Notes: generated by a model not told the origin, from the sequence alone. 63,997 nt of DNA, filler included, from Pirum gemmata (GCA_002812295.1; 20 parts of 20 records of this genome joined end to end with filler, not necessarily neighbours in it); one strand, 5' to 3'; numbered from the whole stretch's first letter, positions 49,004 through 61,706 are shown. Numbers and translations are program-made.

Positions 49004-50821
49004 ATGCCCAAACTTGGACTTTTAATAAACACTTTACTGTTAATTACTAATAATGTATTAGCAAACAAAAATGTTGCAATATTTGGTGGTGGTCCTAGTG
49101 GTTTAGCCTCAGCATTAGAGTTAGCCGAGGCCGGTTTTAACGTAACTTTATTTGAAAAAGAAAGTATGTTAGGTGGAAAAGTAGCTTCTTATTTTGATGA
49201 AAACGGATTGCCTGTTAGTCATAGTCCTAGAGTTATGACTAATGCATATATTGGAGTAAAAGATATAATGGATCGTGCCTACGCCCTTAGCGGAAACAGT
49301 AATTTCACAGCTTTGCCAACAAAAAAAATATACCTTGGAAATATGAAAAGATGGGATTATACTACATTTTCTCGAAATATTTGGAGTGACGGACCCCGGT
49401 TTTTAATTGTTGCAGCAAAATTTGGGGTTTATGCTAATGAATTGGATTATTTTGCGTTCCAATGTAACTTGTACAATTCGCTTAATAACACTGAATTAAA
49501 CCGGTTAGATAAGATGAGTTGGGATAACTGGATAAATAATTTTGGATTAAAGGAATACAGAGAATATAAACAAAGACAAAGTATGGCAAGTAGGGTATTA
49601 ATTAACTTTAGAGGAGATAAACATACTGAAGGTTTTATGGCTTTAACTCGTTCTATTATGGGGCAGTTTGTGGCTGCTAACCCCGATGGTACTGTTAATA
49701 CAGTTATGTTGGTAATTCAAGCAATTGGGGCTTTTGTAGGTATGTCTTTGAAACATACAGAAAATTGCGAACCTTATTTTGTTCCTGATTGGGTGTTAAT
49801 GATGGCTGCAGATGGGCCAGAGACAATAACTATGATTGAACCATGGGAAAAATTGTTAATACACAAAGGGGTAAGAATTATTAAAAACGCAAAATTAGAA
49901 AGTGTGGAGATTAATAATAATGATGATTTGGGTAATGTTATTACAAAAGCTAAAGTTAATAATGAAAATACTAATGTCGCATATGAGGTAGAAGCAGATG
50001 AATTTGTTTTTGCTTTACCGGTGAAAGAAGCGGAATATATGATTCAAGGAATAACCAAAGGAAGAGACCAAAGTGTTGGTTTATCTACAGGATTTACTTA
50101 TTATATCAAAAACTTACCTCAAAGTTGGGAAAAATATGTTCAAAAAAACGGAAACATAGTCGGGATTAAAGCTGATAGCCCTTGGGAGTGTATTTTCATT
50201 CTTCAGAAAGCAGGGTTTAATTGGGATAGTAAATTCGTACTACCTGCGAATGTTGACGCGGTCATATCTGCTGCTTGTAGTGAGGCTGAAGAAAAGGGAA
50301 CCAACGGCAAAACAATGTTGGAATCTACAGAAGAAGAAGCTTTAATTGAAGTATTAACTCAATTAGATTATCCTGAGTCTTTAAGAATCGATTTAGTTAA
50401 TAACAATGCCACTGTTGGTTTGCTTACTCACTATATGGACAAAGAACATATTAATAACAATAATAATACATATCGATCAAGTGTTATTGCCAAAGCAAAT
50501 GCGGATGGGAAAAATTGGGTTTGGAATGCACCGATATACTATCCAACCCCTAACAGAACACCTCTACCAACTTCTACAAAATACAATAATTTATTTATTA
50601 CGGGTGAATATGTTTCTACACCTTTCTATACATTACCTACGATGGAACAAGCAGTTGAAGCTGGGAAAATAACTGCACAAACTATTATCGAAAAATATGA
50701 TGTTAATTATACTGTTCCTATTGTCCCTCAACTTATGAAATTAGTGAATGCAAATTCTGCTACTGAATATAATAATTTCGTTCAACAAGGATGGGCAACT
50801 GGTTCTTGTTACAATTTATAA
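49004..50821 (+). CDS. Secreted FAD-dependent oxidoreductase (amine oxidase / phytoene desaturase superfamily), 605 aa
   Basis: Signal-peptide-like N-terminus; Rossmann VAIFGGGPSG...VTLFEK..LGGK; C-terminal NLFITGEY...TMEQAVEAG; intronless. Confidence 0.88.
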   Translation: MPKLGLLINTLLLITNNVLANKNVAIFGGGPSGLASALELAEAGFNVTLFEKESMLGGKVASYFDENGLPVSHSPRVMTNAYIGVKDIMDRAYALSGNSNFTALPTKKIYLGNMKRWDYTTFSRNIWSDGPRFLIVAAKFGVYANELDYFAFQCNLYNSLNNTELNRLDKMSWDNWINNFGLKEYREYKQRQSMASRVLINFRGDKHTEGFMALTRSIMGQFVAANPDGTVNTVMLVIQAIGAFVGMSLKHTENCEPYFVPDWVLMMAADGPETITMIEPWEKLLIHKGVRIIKNAKLESVEINNNDDLGNVITKAKVNNENTNVAYEVEADEFVFALPVKEAEYMIQGITKGRDQSVGLSTGFTYYIKNLPQSWEKYVQKNGNIVGIKADSPWECIFILQKAGFNWDSKFVLPANVDAVISAACSEAEEKGTNGKTMLESTEEEALIEVLTQLDYPESLRIDLVNNNATVGLLTHYMDKEHINNNNNTYRSSVIAKANADGKNWVWNAPIYYPTPNRTPLPTSTKYNNLFITGEYVSTPFYTLPTMEQAVEAGKITAQTIIEKYDVNYTVPIVPQLMKLVNANSATEYNNFVQQGWATGSCYNL

Positions 50822-51002
50822 ATTTTTTCATGGCCATGTCAAGAGGGTACTAGTGCTGTATTCAGAGCCATAAATATAAAAGCACGAAAAAAATCAAACG
50901 ACGGTGTTTGAATCAAAAGGAGAAAAACAATGTCGTCGAGTTTTAGAAAATGTATTCAACCAATTCTCCGCTACACCTGACTCTAGAAAATACAGACTAA
51001 AA

Positions 51003-51211
51003 TGTGATTTTCATTTATTTTGTCACTACGAATATTTATTTGGTTGGTTATAATATTTAAATTGACATTCTTAAAAATGAATAAAATTTTAATGTAGATA
51101 ATAAAATATTAATAATAAACCAAATTAAATGAAATGGATTTATATTATATTAATTAATATTAATTTGATGCTCTTTATTGTATATTTTATGATGCCAAAA
51201 CTACTGAAAAG
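51003..51211. mobile_element. MITE family A
   Basis: Degenerate TIRs; full family A body. Confidence 0.8.
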
Positions 51212-51549
51212 ATCAATAGTTTTTCGGATTAAGCTTCATCTCTTCAAAAAAACAGGCTCAATAATTTAGCTCTATTGACAAAAAATGTATATTGTTATGA
51301 AAACAATTATTATAATAAGTTATATTATTATATTTTTTTATTTAATTATTTATTATTCTATAAATTGATTATGGTTTTTTTATGTATATGAGAATTTCTA
51401 TTATAAATTTGTTCTGAATTCATATTTTTGATTTTTTGATTTTTGAGTGTGATTTTTTGATTTTTGAGTGTGATGAATTTTGTTAATCCAAAAAATACTA
51501 GTTCAATTGTTGTTTTGAACTAGCCTACTAGTTAGCTAACACTAATTAT

Positions 51550-51591
51550 AACCCCAACCCTAACTAACCCTAACCCTAACCCTAACCCTAA
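51550..51591 (-). repeat. (CCCTAA)n at right contig end
   Basis: Non-terminal orientation. Confidence 0.85.
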
Positions 51592-51889
51592 NNNNNNNNN
51601 NNNNNNNNNNNNNNNNNNNNNNNNNNNNNNNNNNNTTAATTAATTAANNNNNNNNNNNNNNNNNNNNNNNNNNNNNNNNNNNNNNNNNNNNTTACCACCA
51701 TTAACTTCTATTGTCATAAACTTAATAATAATAATAAATAGCAACAAAATAGTATATAAATAGAGTATCTTTTCTGAATTTCATTTTTATTCCTTATTGT
51801 TTTATTGTTAAAAATTTTAAAACCTTTTTGTTGACAGCTAATTATATTAATACATTAATACCATGAGTATATTAACGTTCCTAAAAAAT

Positions 51890-52835
51890 TTAAAGTTGGT
51901 AAAACAGTGTGGGTACCATGGGTAAATGTTAATCCATGGCATGCCGAGCGTTGTTTTGGCAAAGATGCTAAAAATTAATTTTGTGAAGGTATAATTGAAG
52001 AAATTTATTTCAAACACAAAGATAAGGGAAAGAAAGAAACAGTGGTATGCTAAAGTGGAGGCTTTCATCTTACGAAAACAAGATTAAAGAGTTTCATACC
52101 AAAATGATTAAAGAAACTAATCCATCAGCAATAACAACAGAAGCATCATCATCAACAACATTAACATTAGCAACAGCATCACCATCGCAGTCAATAGCAT
52201 CAACATCAACACCAACACCAACACCAACACCAACACCAACACCAACACCAACACCAACACCAACACCAACACCAACACCAAGACCAACATCAACATCAAC
52301 ATCAACATCAACATCAGTATCAGCATCAGCATTAGCATCATTAACTACGAACTGGGTTGAAGGTGAAATCACAGAAGATGCTAAACAAAGCAGATCACCA
52401 TATCCAGATTGGGCTGTTAGTGGTTGNTTAAACATGGTATGAATGAAGAATATGATAAAATTACGTACTTTTATACTATGTTCCCTATATCTTATTTACC
52501 AACTATAGTTGATTTAACAAACACAAGGTTAAATTTAAGGTACCATAATTTTAGAGAAACGACAGGTGGAGAGGTATTAAAATGGTTTGGAATAGTTTTA
52601 CTAATGACATTTGTAGAATATGCTAGCCGCAGAGATCTTTGGAAGGAAGTTCAAGATGATGATAACTTATTGCCACCACCACAGTTCTCAAGATTCATGG
52701 CAGTTAGAAGATTTGAAGAACTACGACGCTGTTAAACAGTTAGTAAGCAACGTGATCATAGTGAACTCAATGACTCTGAGGACATTGATATTAGTACAAT
52801 TAGATGGCCAGCTGTTGGGTGTTGTTGATTGTATG
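51890..52835 (+). pseudogene. piggyBac-type (DDE_Tnp_1_7) transposase N-terminal remnant
   Basis: YFYTMFP...IVDLTN...TTGGEVLKWFGIVLLM...RRDLW...PQFSRFMAVRRFEELRRC then a stop; upstream KVGKTVWVPW segment and (TP)n linker; stops and frameshifts. Confidence 0.8.
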
Positions 52836-53480
52836 TAAGCTAAAGAAAAGTATTAATGTTTGTAGGTTATGTAATCAATACATATGTAGTGCAAAACAAA
52901 ATGAACAATGTTTTATCCACACTACAAAAATGGATTAATAAACACTAATAACAACATAAACAACAAGAATAACAATAATAATAATAATAAAACAATATAA
53001 AAATATTGACTACTGTAACAATATACCTTTCGAACAAGCATTTTTTTTTTATATGATAAAATAAAAAAAAAGTTGTAGGTCTTGTCTTGTCTCGGTAGTC
53101 TCGGTCTGTCTCACTAGCTCACTAGCTACTAGCTAGCTAGTAGTAGCTAGGTCTGTGACCGTCTGTCACAGTAGCTTTCTTACCAAATGTAGGTTTTATT
53201 CTATCGCCACATTGATGGATAGCTTATCCAGTAACCAGCTCGGAGTGGCCCCAGCATCCCCTCGTGGCTCTACTACTAGCTAGACTCATACTAGCTAGCT
53301 ACTACAGGCTCTAACTAGTATGATATCATAACCACTCTATGATAGCTAATAGCTACTGTAGCTAACCAACCACCTTACTTCCTCTACTAAGGCTAGCTAG
53401 TCTAGCTAGTCTAGCTAGTTATGATACTACAACACTCTACAACATTATTAATTATTTGATAACAACATAATTATAATAAA

Positions 53481-54435
53481 CAACACAAACAACAATAAAT
53501 TTTTACCAACATGGATAATTCACACAATCGAAACCCTACGATTCCAATACAAAACAGCACAGAACAATTATTATTAAAACTAGCACACACCCATCAACAC
53601 AAGCAACAACAATAAGTTTTAAATTTATTACGAATTTTAAAAATATCTTCATTAAAACCCAATAATACAACAACAATACAAAAAATTATGTAAAAAAAGA
53701 AACTACAAAAATATTAAAAGAAATGTGCTTCAAGTCTAAACCAAATATAATACCTCCAAATAGTTGGAGTCTACAACTGATCATGACAAACAGTAGTATA
53801 AAACAAATAGAAGAAAATCTCAAAACAAAAACCTTCAATAATAAAAACCTAAACAACCTGTGGAATATAGAACAAACTGAATGGGAATAGATAATTAAAA
53901 ATAGAAGAAATAATACAAAAAGAATACCGAAAATACTAAAAAGTCACATAATTATGGATACTAACCTAAAGAAAGCCAGCAAGACAGTGGATGTCGAAAA
54001 CCCAACCTTTTCAATGTCAATATTGTTCCAAAGAATTTCCACCAGAAGTCAAACTACACATTTTGAACATTAGACAAAACTGTAATTTTAGATTAGAATG
54101 GATACCATACATTAAAAAAATATTACATATTAAATTAAAACCCAAATATAGATGATAACTCAAACAATATCCCCAACAACGACTACAACGCTATAATTCT
54201 AGGAACAAAGGTTCAAAACAAATATTTCTATAACAAAAGAACAATACAATTGCTCACCATAGACTATATACTATATGGTCTTATTATGAAAAATACAACA
54301 AATCACAACCAACTGACAACCAAATCATTAACTTATGAAAATATTATGAAACAAATCAACAAAACACAACTTTGATTTAACTATATTATATAACTGTAAC
54401 CTACTGCACCTCCTTTTTTTATAAAGGAAAACAGG
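53481..54435 (+). mobile_element. Decayed L1-clade non-LTR retrotransposon 3' end (better-preserved copy)
   Basis: Reads FLPTWIIHTIETLR, NLWNIEQTEWE*IIK...KRIPKILKSH and QCQYCSKEFPPEVKLHI; paralog of 10937-12071. Confidence 0.62.
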
Positions 54436-54905
54436 AACTTTTGAGTGCCTATGATACTTCCTCAAAGAGACATTGATATTGATACTATGAACTATCATAC
54501 TACGATGCTAGCTTATTGAGACTAACCCTCTAGTATCATACCAGTAGCCCATGATTAGTCTAGCTAGCTAGTTAGCTAGAACTCTAGCTAGAGCTGGATA
54601 TATCATTATGTAAAACCTCTTGAATAAAAATAAAATAAGAAAAAAGCTTCTAAAGTCATATATTATTTTTATTACTATTATTATTATTATTATTATTATN
54701 NNNNNNNNNNNNNNNNNNNNNNNNNNNNNNNNNNNNNNNNNNNTTAATTAATTAANNNNNNNNNNNNNNNNNNNNNNNNNNNNNNNNNNNNNNNNNNNNT
54801 TTATTTATTTATTTATTTATTTATTAATTAATTAATTAAATTAAATTAAGAGGTTAGGGGTTGGGGGTTATTATTATTCAACCAACACGCATACAAATAA
54901 CTTAC

Positions 54906-55100
54906 AATCTTGAGGAAGAAGTAGTAGCTTTATTGTTAGATGACCTTCCTTTTTGTATGGTTATCTGTTTTGTTTTTTTTACTAATAGAAAGCGTTAATG
55001 CAAATGAAAATAAGAACATACAATACAATGACAATTTAAACACTACCTTACTACTATCACCACTATACTACTACTACTACTAGTACTACTGTTGCTGCTG

Positions 55101-55170
<70 letters not shown>

Positions 55171-55258
55171 NNNNNNNNNNNNNNNNNNNNNNNNNNNNNN
55201 NNNNNNNNNNNNNNNNNNNNNNNNNNNNNNNNNNNNNNNNNNNNNNNNNNNNNNNNNN

Positions 55259-55354
<96 letters not shown>

Positions 55355-55676
55355 GCTGCTACTACTACTATAACCACAAGTACAACTATAACAACTATTA
55401 CTATTACTATCCCCATACTAATGTACGCCTACAGTACTAAAAGCTATAAAATCATAATATTGAAGTAATAATAATAATAAAACAATACCAACCGAGCCAT
55501 TTCCCAGAATTTTCCGAAGACCTTGATATATTTAGGTTTGCCCCTACCACTACCACTACCACAACTGTTACTATTACTACTACACTACTACTATCACCAC
55601 CACCACTACTGCTATACTACTACTGCTACTACTATCACCACCACTACTACTACTACTACTACTATTACTGCTACTG

Positions 55677-55713
<37 letters not shown>

Positions 55714-55993
55714 AAACTACTATTACTACAACTACAACTACAAATACAACAACTATTACCATTACTATACCCATACTAATATACTCCTACACTACTAAAA
55801 GCTGAACAACATTATAGCATTGAAGTAATAATAATAATAAAACAATACCAGGAGAAGAATTTCTACCCAGCCATCTCCCAGAATTTTCCGAAGACCTTGA
55901 TATATTTTGGTTTGCCCCTACCACTACCACTACTACTGCTACTACTATCATCACCATTACTACTACTATACTACTACTGCTACTACTATCACC

Positions 55994-56034
<41 letters not shown>

Positions 56035-57014
56035 AAACTACTTTTACTACAACTATAACTACAACTCCAACAACTATTACTATTACTTTACCCATACTAA
56101 TATACTCCTACACTACTAAAAACTGAACAATATTATAGTATTGAAGTAATAATAATAATAAAACAATACCAGGAGAAGCAATTCTACCCAGCCATTTCCC
56201 AGAATGTTTCGAAAACCATGGTATATTTTGGTTTGCCCCTACCACTGCCACTACCACAACTATTACTATTACTACTATACTACTACTGCTACTACTATCA
56301 CCACCAATACTACTACTACACTAATGCTGCTACTACTACCACCACCACTACCACTACTACTACTACTACAAACTATTTTTACTGCAACTGCAACTACAAC
56401 TACAACAACTATTACTATTACTATACCCTTATTAATATACTCCTACACTACTAAAAGCTGAACACCATTATAGTATTGAAGTAATAATAATAATAATAAT
56501 AAAACAATACCAGGAGAAGTATTTCTACCCAGCCATTTCTCAGAATTTTCCGAAGATCTTGACATATTTTGGTTTGCCCTACCACTACCATTACAACAAC
56601 TATATTACTACTACACTGCTACTGTTACTACTATCACCACCATTACTACTACTACACTACTACTGCTACTACTATCACCATCACCACCACTACTACTACT
56701 AATACTACGACTACTACTACCACTACTACTACAAACTACTACTGCTACAACTACAACTACAACTATCACAACTATTACTATTACTAAACCCATACTAATA
56801 TACTCCTACACTACTAAAAGTTGAACAACATTATAGTATTGAAGTAATAATAATAATAATAAAACAATACCAGGAGAAGAATGTCTACCCAGCCATTTCC
56901 CAGAATTTTCTGCAGACCTTGATAGATTTTGGTTTGAAGTAGTTTTTCTTGATCTACCTCCCCCAGAGGTGAGTTTGGTCTGTACTATTGGTTTATCCTT
57001 TTCACTTTTTTTCT
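54906..57014 (-). CDS. Two in-frame exons of an unknown gene (57014-56871 and 54981-54906); partial
   Basis: CTAAT-TTAG acceptor, 144-nt exon (KKSEKDKPIVQTKL...GRHSSP), GTATTG donor; TTAG acceptor, 76-nt exon (VKKTKQITIQKGRSS...), GTAAGT donor; the phase-1 junction is open. Confidence 0.55.
55380..56936. repeat. Tandem repeat of 320-360 bp (about 4.5 units) with internal (CTA)n
   Basis: AAACAATACCA anchor at about 55480, 55840, 56161, 56502 and 56862. Confidence 0.92.
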
Positions 57015-57045
57015 CTAAATTAGTTCCATAAGATGAAAGTAAAGA

Positions 57046-57732
57046 GGGTTAGGATGTTAGGGTTAGGGTTAAGGTTAGGGTTAGCGTTAGCGTTAGGGTT
57101 AGCGTCAGGGTTAGGGTTAGGGTTAGGGTTAGCGTCAGGGTTAGGGTTAGGGTTAGGGTTAGGGTTAGGGTTAGGGCTTGGATACATTATTTTTAAGAAA
57201 ATTGTCGTTTGGCAGTTTCCATTTTGTTATGCAAAATATATTGCTACAGTTAACCTTAAACCATGTCCTGGTATATGAATAATGATTAAAGTTAGGGTTA
57301 AGGGTTAAGGATCAGGGTCAGGGTCAGGGTTAGGGTTAGGGTTAGGGTTAGGGTTAGGGTTAGGGTTAGGGTTGGTGGTTAGGGTTAGTGGTTAGGGTCA
57401 GGGTGAGGGTCAGGGCCAGTGTAAATGTTAGGGTTACGGTTAGGGCCAGTGTCAATGTTAGGGTTAGGGTTAGGGGTAGGGTTAGTATTAGGGTTAGGGG
57501 TAGGGGTAGAGGTAGGGTTATGGTCAGGGTTAGGGTTAGGGTTGGGGTCAGGATCAGGATCAGGGTCAGGGCTAGGGCTAGGGCTAGGTTTAAGTGTCAC
57601 ATTGATTAGGGTTAGGGTAAGGGTTACGTTTAGGGTTGTTATGTAAAATACATTGGAACAACAATAGCAATAATAATAGTAATAACAATAACAATAAAAA
57701 TAACAATAGCTATAACGGGTAGGGTTAGGGTT
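57046..57732 (+). repeat. Interstitial (TTAGGG)n arrays with variants
   Basis: Blocks at 57046-57177, 57290-57636 and 57717-57732, all contig-internal. Confidence 0.9.
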
Positions 57733-57907
57733 GGAATAACAATAACTAACAATAACAATAACAATAACAATAATAACAACAATAACAACAATAACAATAA
57801 CAATAACNNNNNNNNNNNNNNNNNNNNNNNNNNNNNNNNNNNNNNNNNNNNTTAATTAATTAANNNNNNNNNNNNNNNNNNNNNNNNNNNNNNNNNNNNN
57901 NNNNNNN

Positions 57908-57946
<39 letters not shown>

Positions 57947-58233
57947 ATGAATTTTTTAAGCAACGCACTCCGTTGCTATGTCACTTATATGTGAACCTAC
58001 CTAGTACCATACTTTACTGATAGTTTTCAAATAATATTGAGCATAATATAGGTCCCAATTGATAGCCTATATATATCATACACATGCGATAAAAAAAGAT
58101 AAAAGTGCGAATACTGGCACTTTGTATCCAGTTACTATAGTTGGTGTATGAATAACTTTATATAGGACCCTAACTTAATACCGTAGGGGAGCGTTCAAAC
58201 TTCAAGCTATGATAGCTAACCAACTAGTCTATT

Positions 58234-58319
58234 GTGCTTTTCATTTATTTTGTCGTCATAAAATATACAATAAATAGCACCAAATTAATACAATATAAGA
58301 CAAAATAAATGAAAAGCAC
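58234..58319. mobile_element. MITE family A, short deletion derivative
   Basis: 86 bp with near-perfect TIRs GTGCTTTTCATTTATTTTGTC / GACAAAATAAATGAAAAGCAC. Confidence 0.85.
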
Positions 58320-58555
58320 GATAGTCTAGTACACCTTTTAGTACTTACTAGGCTGGGGGTCTATTTCAAGATAGTAGAGTGTGTAGAGTCTAAGTATCAT
58401 AGACTATTAATTTTAAAGTAGCTAGGACTAAGTATCAATACTGTATCGATAGTCTATGATAAGAAAAAAAAAAAAGTTGGGAAAATTTTCCCCATGTATA
58501 AATAAATGGTGCAAATATTATCTAAAAACGTCCTAATTTTTTTTTTCTATGATAT

Positions 58556-58714
58556 TTTCGAAAATTTCAAATCTATTAAATGCCTATTACTTTACTTATG
58601 TTCTTTATATATTCGAAAATTTCAAATCTATTAAATACCTTACTTTACTTACGTTCGATATATATTCGAAAATTTCAAATCTATTAAATACCTATTACTT
58701 TACTTATGTTCGAA
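58556..58714. repeat. About 54-bp tandem repeat x3
   Basis: TTCGAAAATTTCAAATCTATTAAATACCTATTACTTTACTTATGTTC unit. Confidence 0.88.
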
Positions 58715-59167
58715 TATTGAAAATATTCTGAAAATCCTACTGGAACACTACTGTGGAACACTACTGGAACCCAAAAGTTGGAAGTTCACCATACTAGTCT
58801 AGCTAGAAATTTTTTTCCGTCTTCAAACTTTCACAGACTCTTCAAAACTTCAAAGTTTAGCTAGCAGACGGCTACTCGAAGCTTTTACGATATTTATAAT
58901 AATAATAATCTATCGATATTCCCATTGTTATACTCATACTTATCGTAGCAGGATATTTCCTAGTTTAAATTTATTTGCAAAGAAGTCTCAAATGTTAATT
59001 TTGTACAAGAAGTATCAAATTTTATCGATGTAAACAAATATGATCTAGGTCTAACAAGTATGACAGTTTACGCAATATTACTGCAATATTAATATTACAC
59101 GCAATATACTGTTACATACACCAGTACACACTGTGCACCACACTCATTCGTGCACCATCGGAAACTA

Positions 59168-59283
59168 CCTAACCCTAACCCTAACCCTAACCCTAACCCT
59201 AACCCTAACCCTAACCCTAACCCTAACCCTAACCCTAACCCTAACCCTAACCCTATAACCCTAACCCTAACCCTAACCCTAAC
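59168..59283 (-). repeat. Interstitial near-perfect (CCCTAA)n, about 19 units
   Basis: Fully internal, with unique flanks on both sides. Confidence 0.95.
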
Positions 59284-59536
59284 GTTTACAAAAACAAAAC
59301 AAGTTACTAGAAACAAGTTATTGCAGGGAACAGGAATCGTATGATATATTTCAGTCTATAGTCTACACAATATTTTAATGTACACCACAGTGTCCATACT
59401 CATCCGTGCACCATCAAAAACCTGTTTACACGCAGAGAATAGCAGCTCTAAAAAAAAAAGCCTCTATTGATAATCTATCAAAGTTATTTTTTTTATAATA
59501 CGTCATCATAGTTACATCATTCAAGTAATAATCAAT

Positions 59537-59745
59537 AGTAGGGGTGAGATATATATCTACTGGAACTTTTTTCGAACAGATGCTTATCGAGCCAAGCAGT
59601 TAAATAGCTTAAAATAGTAAATCTAATTATAGTAGATACCAATTAAAGTAATAATATTAGCATTAGTAGTAATGAAAACCATAAAAGTCGGAAAAGTTCC
59701 AGCAGCTGTTCGGTAATAATAAAATGACGTCATCTCACCCCTACT
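59537..59745. mobile_element. MITE family D
   Basis: Same TIRs; flanks TAATCAAT / GTATCAAT (6 of 8 match). Confidence 0.85.
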
Positions 59746-60613
59746 GTATCAATCTATATCATTCATATATACAGTCATACTTCATTCATTTCCCTGCCCC
59801 CACAGGCCCCACTGGCACTGGCCCTCATAAATGATAGACTATGGTATATTTCTGGGTAGACTAGACTAGCTAGAGGGAATCGGAATCGGAGTCGTGATTC
59901 AGATATTACTGTAATACTACATTAAAAATAATACTGATAATACCACTAAATACCTGACCTGAGGTATTAAACCTGAGTCACCTGACTGTAATTAGATAGT
60001 AGTCTACTGTAATACTACTGTATAAAACTAAACTGTAGTTAAATTGTATAGTCTGTATTATCGATAAAATTCTGTAATAAAAAGATTCTGTAGTAATACC
60101 AATTATACAGTTTATACCATACATTATTTTTTCTGTGGATTTCTTTTTTTGGCTTGTATATTTTCTTTTTTGAGTTTATTTCTTTATTTATTTATTTATT
60201 AAATTTTTTTTTTTTTTTTCAGTTTTTTCACGGCCTAGCTATGATAGTCTAGCTAGTAGTAGCTTAGTCTAGCTAGTAGTAGCTTAGTCTAGCTAGCTAG
60301 TAGGGCACTGTAGTCTGTAGACTGTAGGTGGCCGTGGTTTTTTGCTTTCCCCGTTTTTTCTCTAGACTACTACTAGGTTTTTTTCTGGTCTAGTCTAGGT
60401 TTTTTTTTTTTCTTTCAATGCAGCCTGTGCAGACTCTGCAGACTCTGCAGAGCGAAGGAGTGCAGTATCGATAGACTCTACGCAGTTTTTGCCTACAGAT
60501 TTTGCAAGGGGTGTTTTTTTCTCTTTCTCTTTTTATTTTTTTTTTAGTAGAGGGGCCTAGCTAGCTAGTAGGTAGGGACCGTAGGGTCTATAAAAATAAA
60601 TGATAAAAAAAAA

Positions 60614-60919
60614 TTCTCAAGGAGTTCAAGAACTCCAACTCCTTGAAATGAACCAAACGTACACTAAAAGACTACTAAAAGTACCTATTTATACTCTATT
60701 TATTTATAAATATCAAACTAGAAATACCAAAGTGTTATGAAACAAAATTTTAAATCAACTACTAATAATAATACTATACATAATACATTACATTACTATA
60801 TTTCATATACCATAATTATTTTTTTAATATTTAATTTCTCAAGGAGTTCAAGAACTCCAACTCCTTGAAATGAACCAAACGTACACTAAAAGACTACTAA
60901 AAGTACCTATTTATACTCT
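60614..60919. repeat. About 85-bp exact direct duplication
   Basis: TTCTCAAGGAGTTCAAG...TTTATACTCT at 60614-60697 and 60836-60919. Confidence 0.85.
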
Positions 60920-61346
60920 NNNNNNNNNNNNNNNNNNNNNNNNNNNNNNNNNNNNNNNNNNNNTTAATTAATTAANNNNNNNNNNNNNNNNNNNNNNNNN
61001 NNNNNNNNNNNNNNNNNNNTGATATTGTAGTATAGTGACTCTTTAGAGGGGGCGGGGCTATGAGCTACTACTAGATCTAGCTAGCTAGAATGAGAATGAC
61101 ACGATCAGCTCACTGCATAATATTGACGTAATTTCCTTTCATTTGATATACTTTTCATCTCAATTGCGTAATTAAAATTGTTAATACGACCACGTTGGAT
61201 TTGAGATAAAACGTCATTATACAATGACACTGTCATTTGAAAATGACGCTCTGACGAATAGACACTAGCTATGATAGCTAGCTAGTAGTAGTACTGAGCT
61301 CTGATACTGAGCTCTGATAGCTAGCTAGTAGCTAGACTAGACTTTA

Positions 61347-61523
61347 GTGCTTTTCAGTTGTTTTGTCATTATAAAGTATACAATAAATAGTACCAAATTA
61401 ATATAATATAAACCCATTTAAGGTAATTTGGTATATTTTTTTATCTGTATATTGATTTAAAATTGTTAATTTAAAGATTATAACCCTCCAAATAAATATT
61501 CGGAGTGACAATATATAAATGAA
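61347..61523. mobile_element. MITE family A
   Basis: TA|GTGCTTTTCAGTTG...; other end eroded. Confidence 0.8.
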
Positions 61524-61571
61524 TCGGATAGCTACTTACGTCTCAGTTAGCTACTAGCTAGCTAGCTAGTA

Positions 61572-61706
61572 GGGAGCGTTCAAATACTACGTAACGCCAA
61601 TTTCCGGTCAAATACAGCTTCAAATACCCCTACCTACCTACCCCTCGACGTTAATTTCTGGTCAAATAACACCTACCTACCTAACCCTTGACGTGACGTA
61701 TTATTT
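61572..61706. mobile_element. MITE family C, truncated
   Basis: GGGAGCGTTCAAATACTACG...(CCTA)n body. Confidence 0.82.

Noticed and set aside
49004..50821. Non-standard (ciliate-type) genetic code or bacterial contamination
   Set aside because: Long ORFs end at TAA, TAG and TGA under the standard code, and this contig carries host MITE A and CCCTAA repeats.
57033..57646. LGLG/VRVR/PNPN ORFs here and elsewhere
   Set aside because: Translations of telomere repeats.
60614..60919. LTR pair
   Set aside because: No TG..CA ends, only about 140 bp apart, and the second copy runs into the contig edge; a tandem repeat or assembly artefact.
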